Shown piece after piece: positions 12,983-24,456 of a stretch of DNA of 35,143 bases. The notes under the pieces are model-generated. The model saw only the letters and a program-made list of their open reading frames with translations, was not told the DNA's origin and searched no databases. The DNA lies in contig ML002382.1 in NCBI GenBank assembly GCA_003614675.1, forward strand, positions 1-35,143, in the 5' to 3' direction. This DNA is from Dimargaris cristalligena (Eukaryota). The stretch's first letter is position 1. Each line of letters begins with the position of its first letter. The translations under genes were made by a program, and so were the position numbers.

Positions 12983-15308
12983 CGCAACTGGAAGAGGGGA
13001 CGAGGGAGGAGTCGTGCCCAGGTGTGTGTGTGAGGCAGGCAAGTGGAGGGGTGTTGCGGTTAGTGGTATTTATAAAAAGTCCAACAAGTAAAAGAGAAAA
13101 ATGTGGGTGAATATAAAAGGAGACGGGACTAAACTAGGAGGGATAAAGGGAGAACAAAGCAATACAATGTCGAGAGATGGGAATGGGGCAGTGAGGGGAG
13201 GGGTGGTCTGACTGGGGCTGACGAGATATAAAAGACAAGTGAGTGGAAAGAGGGGGCCGAGTAAGACAAACGACGTGGCCTAGAAGACCCTGGGCCAAAG
13301 GGAGGGAAATATCAAAAGCTATCAAAGCCTTAAAGAATAGGAAGGAACAGAATAGGCAGGCGCTGAGGAGATACTCAATATATGGAAGAGAGTAACGAAG
13401 GAAGAACAGGAAAGGAAAGAAAGGGTCCTCTTCAAGGATATTTCAAGGGCAAAGAGCAGCATATATACCACGGGAAGAAGAGCATATACACCAAGGGAAG
13501 ACGAGGGTCTCACACTCTATGCCTTCACCTATAAATAGCATGATAGGTAAGACCTGCGTAGAGCTCAGTGGTGTGTGAGAAGGAATGAGCCAGTCGGGAC
13601 TATGTGAATGGGGGGCATGGAGGAGAAGAGAGCGAAAGAAAAGGGATGGGTAAGGCAAGTCAAACTAAGCGTATAGCGGGGTATTTAACCAGAGAGAGTC
13701 GAGGAAGGACAAGTGGTGGGGGAGGAGCCGCCCAAAGAAAGGGAAGAGAAATATTAGTATACTAATTATTATTACAGCTAGGCTACACAAAACATTCCAG
13801 CCCGGTTCTCAGGGTTAGCCGAGGGACCCGTTCCGGTGAGACCAACTGCTATGGGGCAATGCCCAGCCGTGGCTCCTTTAGATCGTATTATTGCTATTCT
13901 CCGGAGTTCTATTTCCAGCTCCCTTCACTCAGTCGGCTCCATTGCAGGACTACGTCACCAACCATCTATCTACATCCCCATAATAAGCATACCTACTACC
14001 TCTACTTGCCATACCCCCCTCCGCCTATTGGACCAAGTAGCCGGGACACACTACTAAGAGACTCTCCCCTCGGCTGGATATAAAAATCAGATTAATTAAC
14101 CTCCATCCCCCCCATTCGCACTGCTGTGGAGCGGTTTACTTACCTACTTATTCACTTGCTGCCAGTTGCAGGTGTCAGAACACCCCCCGACTTTGCCTTA
14201 GCCTCAAATAGTTGAACCTACCCTCCATTGCCTCTGTTCTCCCCTGCCGCTAATCATTCGACTCGGACGTGGAATTAATGATCCACCGGCGGCCATCTCT
14301 CACATTCTCCCTCCCCCATACCCAACCCTCGTGGGCCACAGGACCAGTTAGGGGTTTTCGAGTACCAACAACCCACTTGGTACGTGTCTATTGCCCCCCC
14401 TTTTCAACCATTGCTAAAACGGATACCGTTTAATGGCCATAATGTAAACAGGGAGGGATCCCCCCGTTTCCCCGAGATGTTAACTTCCTTAGTCTAGACC
14501 CCCCGATGGACCGTTTGTACTGGAGTAACCAGAGCAGCTTCGCTCGCCCTTTTTGAGGGTCCCAGTGTAGGGAAACGACGACACAGGAGCCGGATATGCA
14601 GGTGCGGAGACTCGGAAGATATCAATCATAACGCACTTGAGGCATCGTCTAAATCAATCCGCTTGCCAATTATCGGAGCAATAAACTTTGGTTGCATACC
14701 ATATTCCCCCTCCATCACTACGAATCCCTTTCAACTAAAGGCCATTTGGCATGACTACCCGGACTATCTGCCCCTGACTTCTCTTCTATTGAAGTCCTGC
14801 ACTGTTGTAAGCACACCCTCATGCCCGAACCGCCTCTTCCGAATCCCAAATAAAAATGAGGTCGTTTATCCCCCCCCCTATACGCAAAGGACACCTGGAG
14901 AGATAAGTCCACACTGGTCTTTTGTTTTGCATCTCGACTAGGGCAATTGTTCTAGAATTCTTTACTTACTGGTCTACTTTTCACCGTTTTTCATCAGATT
15001 TCACCATAGTCCATCACACACTCAGAAACCACCAATATATAGATAAATACACCAACTCAAGTGTATCAAACCGGCCGCTAAGCTATCAGTCGGCTTGGAC
15101 TACACAGCTCCAAGCGGGTGTATGTTTTTAATCAAAAATGGAGTTGGCTTTACACCTTTCGAGAAAATATCCCAGTCCATGAAGAATCGGAGTGTTGCAC
15201 AATGCCCACATAATATGAAATTCGGGATATGGACGAAGTGGAAGAAGTGCACAGTATACTGCAAAGCGAATGAGAAGAAACGTAGGATGGGAAATTCGGA
15301 AGCCGGTT

Positions 15309-17208
15309 TTACTGCTCAGAAAAGGCCGGCCGTCTTTGTTGCATAGAGTTGGCCACTACCGTTTTTTTTTGCAACTGCCATAGCTGGTAGCCGCTCTGAC
15401 CAAATTCTTGGTCAATAAGGTCAACTTGAATCTGTTTTTTTTGTTGTTTTACACGGCAAGTGTCAAAATAAAGAAATGGATAATAACGCCGAGAGGGAAG
15501 GCAAACAGAGGGAGAGGGTGGTTATTAGTGATGGGAATTGGTGGGTGTACAAGTTACAGATCATGCGGGTCGACTTAAAGTCGCCTCGAAAATCCAGGGT
15601 GGAAATGCAGAGAGAGGTAGGGGGGTGGAAACCAGCTCATTGGACACTAATATTTACACTACAAAGATAATAGGAAGAAAAGCACAGAATTGGCTACCCG
15701 GCTTACAAATTCACCTAATCACTGTAAATAGAATGGGTAAATACTGGACAACATAGATGTGCACCACTTACCTGTTGGGCCTTAAACCCGGCATGTTCGG
15801 CTAGGCGAAAAAACCGTTCTTCGCCGAACCCCCTTGGTTTAAATGTCAATAAGATACGGGTATCGGAGTGCGACAATCGGTTGAAAGTCGACAACAAATG
15901 CTTGTGAAACTCAGGCAGGTACAGAATCTCGGAGCCGAGAATGATATCAAACGACCCATCCTCGTCTGGAAAAGTGTCGGGCTGATCCCTATGCCACATT
16001 AACCAATATATACCCACCGTTAAAATAAAAAAAGGCACGGGTGAGAATGTCAGTATAATACTCGGGTAATGGAGGGATATTGAACGCTACTATTCGAACA
16101 GTCCGGCCCCAAAAGTACCAAGGTCGTCAAAGATGAGGATACCTACCAATAGAGCGTTTGGGCCGAAATGGATTCGGCTACTAAGGGAATCGGGGTGGGA
16201 GTATCTTTCCGACCGAGTTTGGGGTTGACCCGTACTACCTCCGGTGTGTGTTTCATTATATGGTCAGTGTTGAGGCGTATATTGCGTTCGAGGTGGGGCA
16301 AGGCATCAGTGATGTCGGTCAATAGTACCGTTGCCCCTAAATAATTTCGAGTGCAGTCAAACAATATATATATATATACCTATAAATGGTTAAATTAGCT
16401 GCTGGATACAGAAATGGTAATTATATTTTCTAATAATAATAATAATAATAAGGGAAGCATATGTAGACAAATGTCCTTCACTAGTGTTTCCGGACAATTT
16501 ACTGTCGGACAGAATGGTTTTAATTTACCTTGGAGCCACGCTGCGAGTCCAACCAATCCACAGCCCGCACCCAACTCAATGCACCGCTGATTGTGAAGGT
16601 CTAGGTGGTGATAGACATAGTGAGCAAGGATATACGCCTGTCCCAATAGCACGGTAAATAAGCAGCCACATCCCGATATCAATAAGCGTGTAAGTACGGT
16701 GAGTTATGATCCATTTTAATCAAACAAGGCGGCCCGATAATGGGGGGATACTAAAAGCAATGGTAGGAAATTACTAATAGGCCATAAAATTACCCGAATC
16801 CCCCGCTATATCAATCGTTATAATCTATATTTACCCCATCCCAAACGAGATTCCCGGTGTGTGAGTCGAGACTAACATCTTGGTCGAGTCTTTGGTATAT
16901 AGTCACTAGTTACACTCCCATACATACGCAATATATAGGTTAGACCCTCGGATGGCCTCATTTAAGACTGAATAAAAGCCGTCTTGAAGATTGGCAGGGT
17001 ATAATCCGTTATGATAATCTATAATCGTATTGTACATTATTTGACCCAGCCACGAGCGTGCCATACCCACGGATAACCACATATTCCAACCAGTATTCCA
17101 TAATGACAACCTCTACTTACACTTGTGGGGGCCCAAAATGAGATCGCGTTGGGTTTGCTGACGGGGGTCCACAAACGGATTGGAAAACTTCCAGGGAACT
17201 AGAGCCAT
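15309..17208 (-). CDS. METTL21-like (Methyltransf_16) protein-lysine methyltransferase, 265 aa, 6 exons
   Basis: Exons complement(17121..17208, 16835..16905, 16529..16637, 16147..16336, 15772..15988, 15309..15431) total 798 nt, all phases consistent. Begins MALVPW (compare METTL21A MALVPY). Motifs: TGNLVWDG, IELGAGCGLVG, VLLTD, LYW, FDIILGSEILY. Confidence 0.9.
16431..16450 (+). repeat. (AAT)n microsatellite in a methyltransferase intron
   Basis: taataataataataataata read directly. Confidence 0.85.
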
Positions 17209-17635
17209 GTGGGGGAATGGGCGGAGTTTCTATTTATACGCTCGGAATATATCGGGGTTCTTGACGACGAGTACTCGGAGGAAAAGCAGAACAAAACTAG
17301 ATGTTAGTACAACGGAAGCAAGGGTGTATGAGCGAATGCCCTGTTGAACGGGTCTGAGAGCAGGCTTTCTTGCCGAGGACCGTTAGGGAACCCTGAAATG
17401 GGCGGGGTTTGTGATCCTACACCTATTCAAGGGGAAAACTCTAGGGGGCGATGGGACTGGCATTGACTTTCCTTACTAGGTCCTCCACCTCCTTCCCATT
17501 CAAGGACATTTAAGCGCTTGGGCTTGTCCATAGTTTTATACCATTATATCCACGTCAGCCCCCTTTCTCATACCCACTTCGCCCAGCTGCTAAGTAGATA
17601 TCTATTTTAACCTACCTCTTTAAATCCACTACACC

Positions 17636-19097
17636 ATGGCCCTCTTTCAAGCCACCATCGCCGCCCTGGAACGTCGGTTTCCTCTCTCCCTCGCCAGCAG
17701 CACCTGGGACAATGTGGGCATTATGCTCGAGTCCGTTTTCGAACGCCCCCAAGCCGATCGGGTACTCCTCACCATCGACCTTACCCCCGCTGTGCTCCAC
17801 GAGGCGGTGGCCGACCCCCGGGTGGGCGCCATCGTCGCCTACCATCCCCCGATTTTCCGCGGGCTCAAGCGGCTTACCCGGGCGGACCCCAAGCAAAACA
17901 TTCTACTGACCTGTGCAGCCAAGGGCATTTCGGTGTACTCGCCCCATACGGTGTGGGACAATAATGCGATTGGTAATGCGGATTGGTTGGCGACGTGCTT
18001 GGGGGTGGAGTTGACCCAGAGTATGACCATTGATCGGACGGAAAGTGCGTTGGTGGGGCAAGAGGAGGCGGGAACGGGTCGGTTGGTCACTTTGGAAATT
18101 CCGCAGAAACTGTCGACGTTAGTGGCGAATATCAAGCATAATTTGGGCCTTGATCACGGTAAGTGACTTGGTGGATTGGTTATACTCACTAATCCAACCA
18201 CTATGCCTAATAACCTGAGTATGGATGAAGGGGCATGATTAATCCTTAATACGCTATTTTATTTTCCTCAGCTCTGGCTTTAGATCGGATAGTTAATGCG
18301 TATGCCTGTTTATTATGCTTCACATATACCACGTAACCGACCTCCTATCGCAGTCCGTGCCGCGCGGGCCTCTAAGCATTGGACCAATGGCCAAGACGAT
18401 GAGCCGATTAGTTCAGTCGCCATCTGTGCCGGATCTGGTAAGTACCTATCTATTTAAAGGTTGGGAAGTTATTGAACAATCTTACGAATCAGTACCGTTG
18501 TTAAGATTTCCAAATATAGGGATGAATTACAGCAGCTCGGTTGGGCTGTTCATCGGAATTATCATTAATAGTATTAAACCTCCTAAGTGTAAATTACCCT
18601 TAACTTCACTCTCGACCCCAGGTGGATCTGTTCTCGTCAAGGCGAAGGCCGACCTTTTCCTGACCGGTGAAATGTCCCATCACGAAGTACTAGCCGCTGT
18701 GGAACAGAATACCAGTGTTATTCTATGTAAGTTAGCCAAAGCAGTGTGTTTATACCCTTTTTGTTTATTTATTTTTGTATCGGACGTCTCCATTGGACAG
18801 GATATACCTTGAATGTCATCAGTCAACAGGTAATTCAAAGGTTCTGGGGCTACCAGGGAATTTAGGTGATACTACTGTTTTCTAATAGTACATTTATTAT
18901 TTTGGATGATACACCTTCCATGGGTGGGGTGCCTTTACCCAATTTATTTGACACGCGTAGGCGAGCATTCTAATACGGAGCGGCGTTATTTGGGCCAGAT
19001 CATCGAACCCTATTTGCGCGAAGAGTTCGCCAAAAGCGGGCTTCCATTTGATGTGAAATGCAGTCAGGCCGATCGTGACCCCCTAGAGTATGTCTAA
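17636..19097 (+). CDS. NIF3: NIF3-family (DUF34) dinuclear metal-centre protein, 282 aa, 4 exons
   Basis: Exons 17636..18158, 18354..18437, 18622..18726 and 18961..19097 total 849 nt, in frame. Motifs: WDNVG, LLTIDLT, AYHPPIF, YSPHT, AICAGSGGS, TGEMSHH, EHSNTER, DRDP. Confidence 0.95.
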
Positions 19098-19200
19098 TCC
19101 ACTGAATAGAATTGGTCCAGGTCGCATGGCGTGCGTTTGTGATTGACCTTAAAACCGCAGTACTCAGGAATGAACCCTTCCTCCCGTCTTTCTTTCTTCT

Positions 19201-20281
19201 CTAAAAGTCGCGTTTACCAATAAACTCCACAAAGCTGTCAAAATTCCGACTGGATACGGGTGCAGTGCCGTCAATATCATAGAATGGATTTGACGCCAAA
19301 GATATATAGGCGGCATGAATTTCTCGGAAGATCTATGTCCAATAAGCGATAATTTAATATATGTAGCATATAGATTTGTTGGTTAGTCTCGAATCATCTT
19401 AATGAGCCATCGCATATGTAAGCCTTAAGTCGCACTTGATCCCGTGTATCTATGAATGGTCAACTCATACCGTGGGCTGTATATTGAAAACTGACTTACG
19501 TTTCGAATCTCGATGTCTTTAACAATCGTTTCGGGAATGGTAATCACCACAACGAATTTTACCCGGGTGTTGGTAATATAACCATATCTAAACATCGATT
19601 TAATCGGGAATCGCATATGGATAGGGGATAAAAGTACTTTAGATTAAGACAGCGCCTTTGTTTCTGGATGCCGCTGTTTAAACATGCTCTAAAGAAAGGC
19701 CCCTGGGACTTAGGGGTAGGAGCTAATGGCGAGGTTAGATTATGAACTTACACAGCCAAATCGCCGACAGTTTGCAGTAGACCAAGGTACATGTCCAGAT
19801 TTTTCGACCCCGCGGCCACTAATAAACATGGTAAGTTTCAAACACAGAGGGTGGGAAGGAAGCGGTTGTATTACAGTTACATGCGATGTAGATATAAAAC
19901 TAATGGTGACTGAGGTGGGAGGTGTCCGTGAGGAGTGCGGTACCTATAATAGTGAGGACTGTCATATTCAGGACGCTAGGGGCAATGTAATAATATACCT
20001 ACATTTCTCTTCAATGACATCGCAGGACGTATGGGCAATATAATGGTACTTCAGGTCATCGTCGGTCTGTTCCATATTCCGGATATAGAGTGGGTTGTTC
20101 TTGAATTTTACAGCAAAAATTGAGACAGTTGAGAGGGTGTCGATTGGTTAATAGTGGTCCAAGTTGGCGAAAGACAAGGGGGAGTGACTTCCGTTCGGGT
20201 GGTTTGGGCCAAGGGTTAACTAGGAAGAGGACGTGAATGACTAACCTGTTTGCCAATAATGGCGATGCAGTTGACGCGCAT
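19201..20281 (-). CDS. TRAPPC2L: TRAPP complex subunit 2-like (sedlin family, Tca17/TRAPPC2L), 139 aa, 5 exons
   Basis: Exons complement(20246..20281, 20003..20099, 19752..19818, 19500..19587, 19201..19332) total 420 nt. Protein MRVNCIAIIGKQNNPLYIR...LKYHYIAHTSCDVIEEK...MYLGLL...VYGYITNTRVKFVVV...IFREIHAAYISLASNPFY...SRNFD carries the TRAPPC2L signature. Confidence 0.93.
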
Positions 20282-21341
20282 GATGGGGAGCGGCGACCGA
20301 ACGAATGGTGATAATAGGTACGAGTAATATAAGGGAGGGAAGGAGGCGGATGTGCGCAATCTAAAAATGCGACGTTTCAAGTGGAAGGTGAAGATGACTG
20401 TCACTGGAATGTAGGCTGGAGAAAAGAGTAGTATAGATGCTCTCGGGCTGACAGTGGACAATGGACAATGGGCATGAGCGGACCAGGGAATCCTATAGTG
20501 GTGGGAATGTAAATTGGTTCTTGGAGGTTACCCCACATCTCGATTCGGATATACTATGCGCATGGCTCTCCACGCCCGTCGTGGTTACTGTCCATAAAGG
20601 TACGAAACATAGCCCTGGCGTAGCTGGGCTTTAAAGGCTAAACTGGGTTTGATTAGCCCAGGATACCAGGGGGATAAATATACCCAAGTTAAAGTAGCCG
20701 AATATTATATTCCTTCTTTGGCCGGGACAGGCCTATCCACCATTGCAGCATTGCCATATGTTAGGGAGACCACAGTTAAGGAGAAGTGCTGCCTACGTCC
20801 AGTGTGTTGCTGGTGCTGCACAAAATAGTACGCTTACCATGCAAGACGTGGTCAGTCCGACTCGCTAATTTGGCCCTGGGTTAAGAATAGCATGTGATAA
20901 TTAGAAGGTGTTCTATAGTAAGCCAAATGTAGATCATTATTATTCAGGCTTGGTTAGTGGGGAGCCTCCCCTCCCATTATGGATATCGAACCATATACAC
21001 GCCAAGTCGGGTGGGGGATATTTCGCCAGCCCCATTACCCCTTCACGGCTTCGGCCTCCGCGAATTAGACGAATGGGAGAGGGTCGGCTGATTTTGTTCC
21101 GGAATGGATGAAGGTGGCGGAATCGATATCTCTGTATCAAAATCCCAAAATATGGCCGCGAAAAACCCCGAGGGAGCCGCAGTGTTCCGGGCATGTCCGG
21201 GGATACCCTTGTACAAATCCGGGGCCGATACAACCGGATAGAACTTAATGATCACCAACCCCTTCCTTTTCACTGACTTGTTATAAGGCAATATACATCA
21301 GGCCTTGGGCATGGAAGGGAAGTTGGTTGGTTGCATTGTTG

Positions 21342-21485
21342 ATATGGGTGAAATTCGGCCCAGCTATAGAAGGGTTTACATTATACGTGTATGGGAAAAT
21401 ATATGGGAAATGTATTTTTAACTAGTAATATTGGCTGAATCTAATGGATTTTTCGTTATACAGCTTGGATGAACTTCTCCCATAT
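21342..21485 (+). mobile_element. MITE-like element, copy 1 (136-bp core GGG...CCC flanked by ATAT)
   Basis: ATAT-GGGTGAAATTCGGCCCAGCTATAGAA...TTATACAGCTTGGATGAACTTCTCCC-ATAT. Imperfect ~25-bp terminal inverted repeats; same length and internal motifs as the copies at 27740 and 31225. Confidence 0.75.
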
Positions 21486-22039
21486 ATGTGGCAGGTATGA
21501 TATCCAAGAGAGACGGCCAACGTAGTTTTAGAGTGCGTGTCCCCTGGGGAAAGTGGTGGTGGAGAGTTACAATGAGCAAAGGGGGGAAGGAAGGAGGGGG
21601 GAACTAATGACGGGAATGAATGGGCCAAGAAGGGGGAGGAGGGTTGATAGAAATCAGGCCATTCAGGTGTGACGGGCAGGTGTGGTTGGGACAAGGATTG
21701 GCCGATGGTCCGAAGAGACAGTCCGTCGGGTCGTGCTTAATTTGACCTGGCGTGAATCTCTCTGCCACTCATTGGTGTGGCCTGTTTTTTTCCTCCAGTG
21801 TTTTGGTCCCACTCCACATACTTGCAATCCTATCTATTCGCGCACAATCGATTAGTATGTATGTCAGCCTACCTTAACAAGCCTCTCCCCTGCGCACACT
21901 TTCATAGGCATCTGAGGGGTGAAAAAAAATGATGATAGAGTTGTCCAGACCCGCCCATGCGCTGGGGAGGGAGGTCAGCTTAATTTTATACCCTTTGTAT
22001 GCACGCATACATTCATCCTCGTGTATGCCCTACATTGAG

Positions 22040-22056
22040 TATATATATATATATAT
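22040..22056 (+). repeat. (TA)n microsatellite / TATA-rich tract upstream of ERG25
   Basis: tatatatatatatata read directly ~220 bp upstream of the ERG25 ATG. Confidence 0.7.
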
Positions 22057-22270
22057 ACCTTCCCCCGGGTTACCATCGCATACACCCTTTGGTGCTAGTG
22101 CATAAATTCTCCTTCAATACTGCCCTACTTTAGATACGGGGTCTTTATATATCCCATCCGTTGTATTATTATTATTTATATTAATTTTATATTCGACACC
22201 AACCTACCACCTTCCGTCCCTTATTCTCTTCTCCTCACCCTCTTATATACCCCCAAGTCAGTCAGTGACT

Positions 22271-23137
22271 ATGAGTAACATCACCCTCGCTGACGCTAGT
22301 GCCCAGTACGCCGCCACCGCGGGCCTCAATTTCGTCGAACAGTGGTGGCAGTCCCTGTTCATCGGCCGTGACGAATGGGTGGTCATCACCGTCGTCAGTC
22401 TCGTGATGCACGAGGTTGTCTACTTTGGCCGTTTCCTGCCCTTCTGGCTCTGTGACTACATTCCCTACCTGCGCCAGTACAAGATTCAGGACAAGGACAA
22501 CACCCCCGGCCAGCTGTGGAAGTGCACCAAGAGTCTCCTTTTCAGCCACACATTTATCCAACTCCCCCTCATCGCCCTTTTCCACCCCACCGGCAAATGG
22601 TTCGGCATGAAAATCACCGAGGTACCCTTCCCGAGCTGGCAGGCGATGGCCCTGCAGATCTTTTTGTTCATGGTCTTCGAAGATACCTTCCATTACTGGA
22701 TGCACCGGGCGTTGCACTACGGTCCGTTCTACCGCTATATCCATAAGCAGCACCACGAGTTCTCCGCCCCCTTTGGCTTGACTGCTGAGTACGCCCACCC
22801 CCTGGAAATCCTGATCCTCGGTATGGGTACCATCGGAGGTCCCCTGCTCTGGGTTATGGCCACCGGCGATATGCACATCTTTACGGTGCTGACCTGGATT
22901 GTGGTGCGCCTGCTCCAAACCGTCGACTCTCACTCCGGTTACGACTTCCCCTGGTCTCTGCGTCACTGGCTGCCCTTCTGGTCCGGCGCCGAGCACCACG
23001 ACTACCACCACATGGCCTTCGTTAACAACTACTCCACTGCTTTCCGCTGGTGGGACTACCTGTGTGGCACTGACTCTAAGTACCGTGCCTGGAAGAAGGA
23101 ACAGGAAAAAATCAAGGCCAGCAAGAAGGTCCAGTAG
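22271..23137 (+). CDS. ERG25: C-4 methylsterol oxidase, 288 aa, intronless
   Basis: MHEVVYFGRFLP, YKIQ, EDTFHYWMHRALH, HKQHHEF.APFGL.AEYAHP.E, DSHSGYDFPWS and HHDYHH histidine boxes. Strong C/G-ending codon bias. The ATG at 22271 is preferred over the GTG at 22265. Confidence 0.96.
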   Translation: MSNITLADASAQYAATAGLNFVEQWWQSLFIGRDEWVVITVVSLVMHEVVYFGRFLPFWLCDYIPYLRQYKIQDKDNTPGQLWKCTKSLLFSHTFIQLPLIALFHPTGKWFGMKITEVPFPSWQAMALQIFLFMVFEDTFHYWMHRALHYGPFYRYIHKQHHEFSAPFGLTAEYAHPLEILILGMGTIGGPLLWVMATGDMHIFTVLTWIVVRLLQTVDSHSGYDFPWSLRHWLPFWSGAEHHDYHHMAFVNNYSTAFRWWDYLCGTDSKYRAWKKEQEKIKASKKVQ

Positions 23138-23290
23138 ATGCTAATCTACCCTTGCATAGCCGTATATATATATATGAATATATTGCCTTTTTTTTTAGAT
23201 TTCAACCGGGGGATGAGATTCTTTCGTTTTGATCTAGTACTTTATTAATATTATTTACTATAAATTAATTCCTTTAAAATACATTATGTG

Positions 23291-23490
23291 GTAGTATTGC
23301 TTTGCCAGCGATTGCGTATAGTTAAATCAATGCTGAGAATAATAGAAGTCTCACAATTGTACTGGGGTTTCGTGGATGGGGAAATCTGTGGTATTGTTTA
23401 AATCCCATCCGCTCGTAAATTTTGCACCAAAATATTATTCGCCCATTGACTCTTGCTGTATCCCTCTATTGATCACAGGAGCATTACTAC
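23291..23490. repeat. ~200-bp imperfect palindrome (decayed foldback/MITE-like)
   Basis: Nested complementary blocks: GTAGTATTGCT/AGCATTACTAC, TCAATGCTGAGAATAATA/TATTATTCGCCCATTGA and GGATGGG/CCCATCC. Confidence 0.55.
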
Positions 23491-24456
23491 TATATTCCAT
23501 CTTTAGGTAGTTGACCCGCTCGAAAATATACCTGTTTTTTGAAATAGGGTTACATCGTTGTCTGGTTTTTCCATCCCAACACCACTTATGCCTGGTATTG
23601 ATTTGGGGCACTGGAATTCATCAAGTTCGGTGGAATAGTCAACATTACCGACTATTCAGATATGCACCGATGGGGAGTGCGGCGTGGTGGTCGTGGGGTG
23701 GTTGTGGTACAGCAGGCCTAACTCTTGTACTATGGGTAAAGAAGGATCGAGAAATAATTTATAGTAAATTTTAATCGGTATTATTCCAACCCAGCCATTA
23801 ACTCGGGCTTCGAAATACCTGGCGGCTGAATACACCCACTCAATTTCGCGGGATGGTCAAAATCGCCTTTACTTCTGGATTGGTCTCCAAAGAATTAGCA
23901 GCCGCTCTTAGAAAAACACACTGATGTTTCATATTACCAAACCCACACTTTCAAGTGACAGGTGTCGTCTAGTTCACCTTTGGGGGGGGGATACATCTAC
24001 TCTGGGGATGGCGCATGTTTCAGATCATTCACTTCGGTGGTTTTGTCCAGTAACATGTTCGATGTGAGCTGCTTACTGCATTTTAAACTGCCCCAATTTA
24101 CATTGTGATACCACACTACAAGTCTGTTCATCTCCATGGTTTATAACCAACCGAGATTTATAACCGCCCCAGTAGTCGTCGTCCTGATGTCTGGTTAGGC
24201 TTACACTCATTATTTTTAATATCTGTTTAATTAAATTAGGAAACGTGCACGTCTCTATCCTATTTATCTACCTTCAAAAGCCCCTTTACCATCAGTACTG
24301 GTTCATGGTCATCCCTATTATCCCAGATTTCATTTATCCGGCGGACCTTCCGTATCCCTCGTTTCTTCTATTTATCAGCTGGCAGCCCTTCGCCACACTA
24401 TCCCTTTGATTGGCGAGAGCCTACATCACCATGGAGTGCGTGGCTCGGGCTCCGTC

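Noticed and set aside
13555-13585. GAGCTCAGTGGT, resembling a tRNA D-arm/A-box
   Set aside because: No anticodon arm, T-loop or acceptor stem follows.
15280-15440. GGGAAATTCGG resembling RNase P RNA CR-I
   Set aside because: No matching CR-V/P4 partner found, and the downstream sequence is explained by the last methyltransferase exon on the minus strand.
18315-18812. 165-aa ORF inside NIF3
   Set aside because: Runs through introns; only 18622-18726 is in the true NIF3 frame.
20612-20671. Imperfect 60-nt hairpin CCCTGG..CTGGGCT/AGCCCAG..CCAGGG
   Set aside because: Single copy in the window, short stems, no ncRNA motifs; compatible with chance.
22262-23011. 249-aa ORF antisense to ERG25
   Set aside because: Strong C/G third-position bias in ERG25 removes antisense stop codons, a common artefact.
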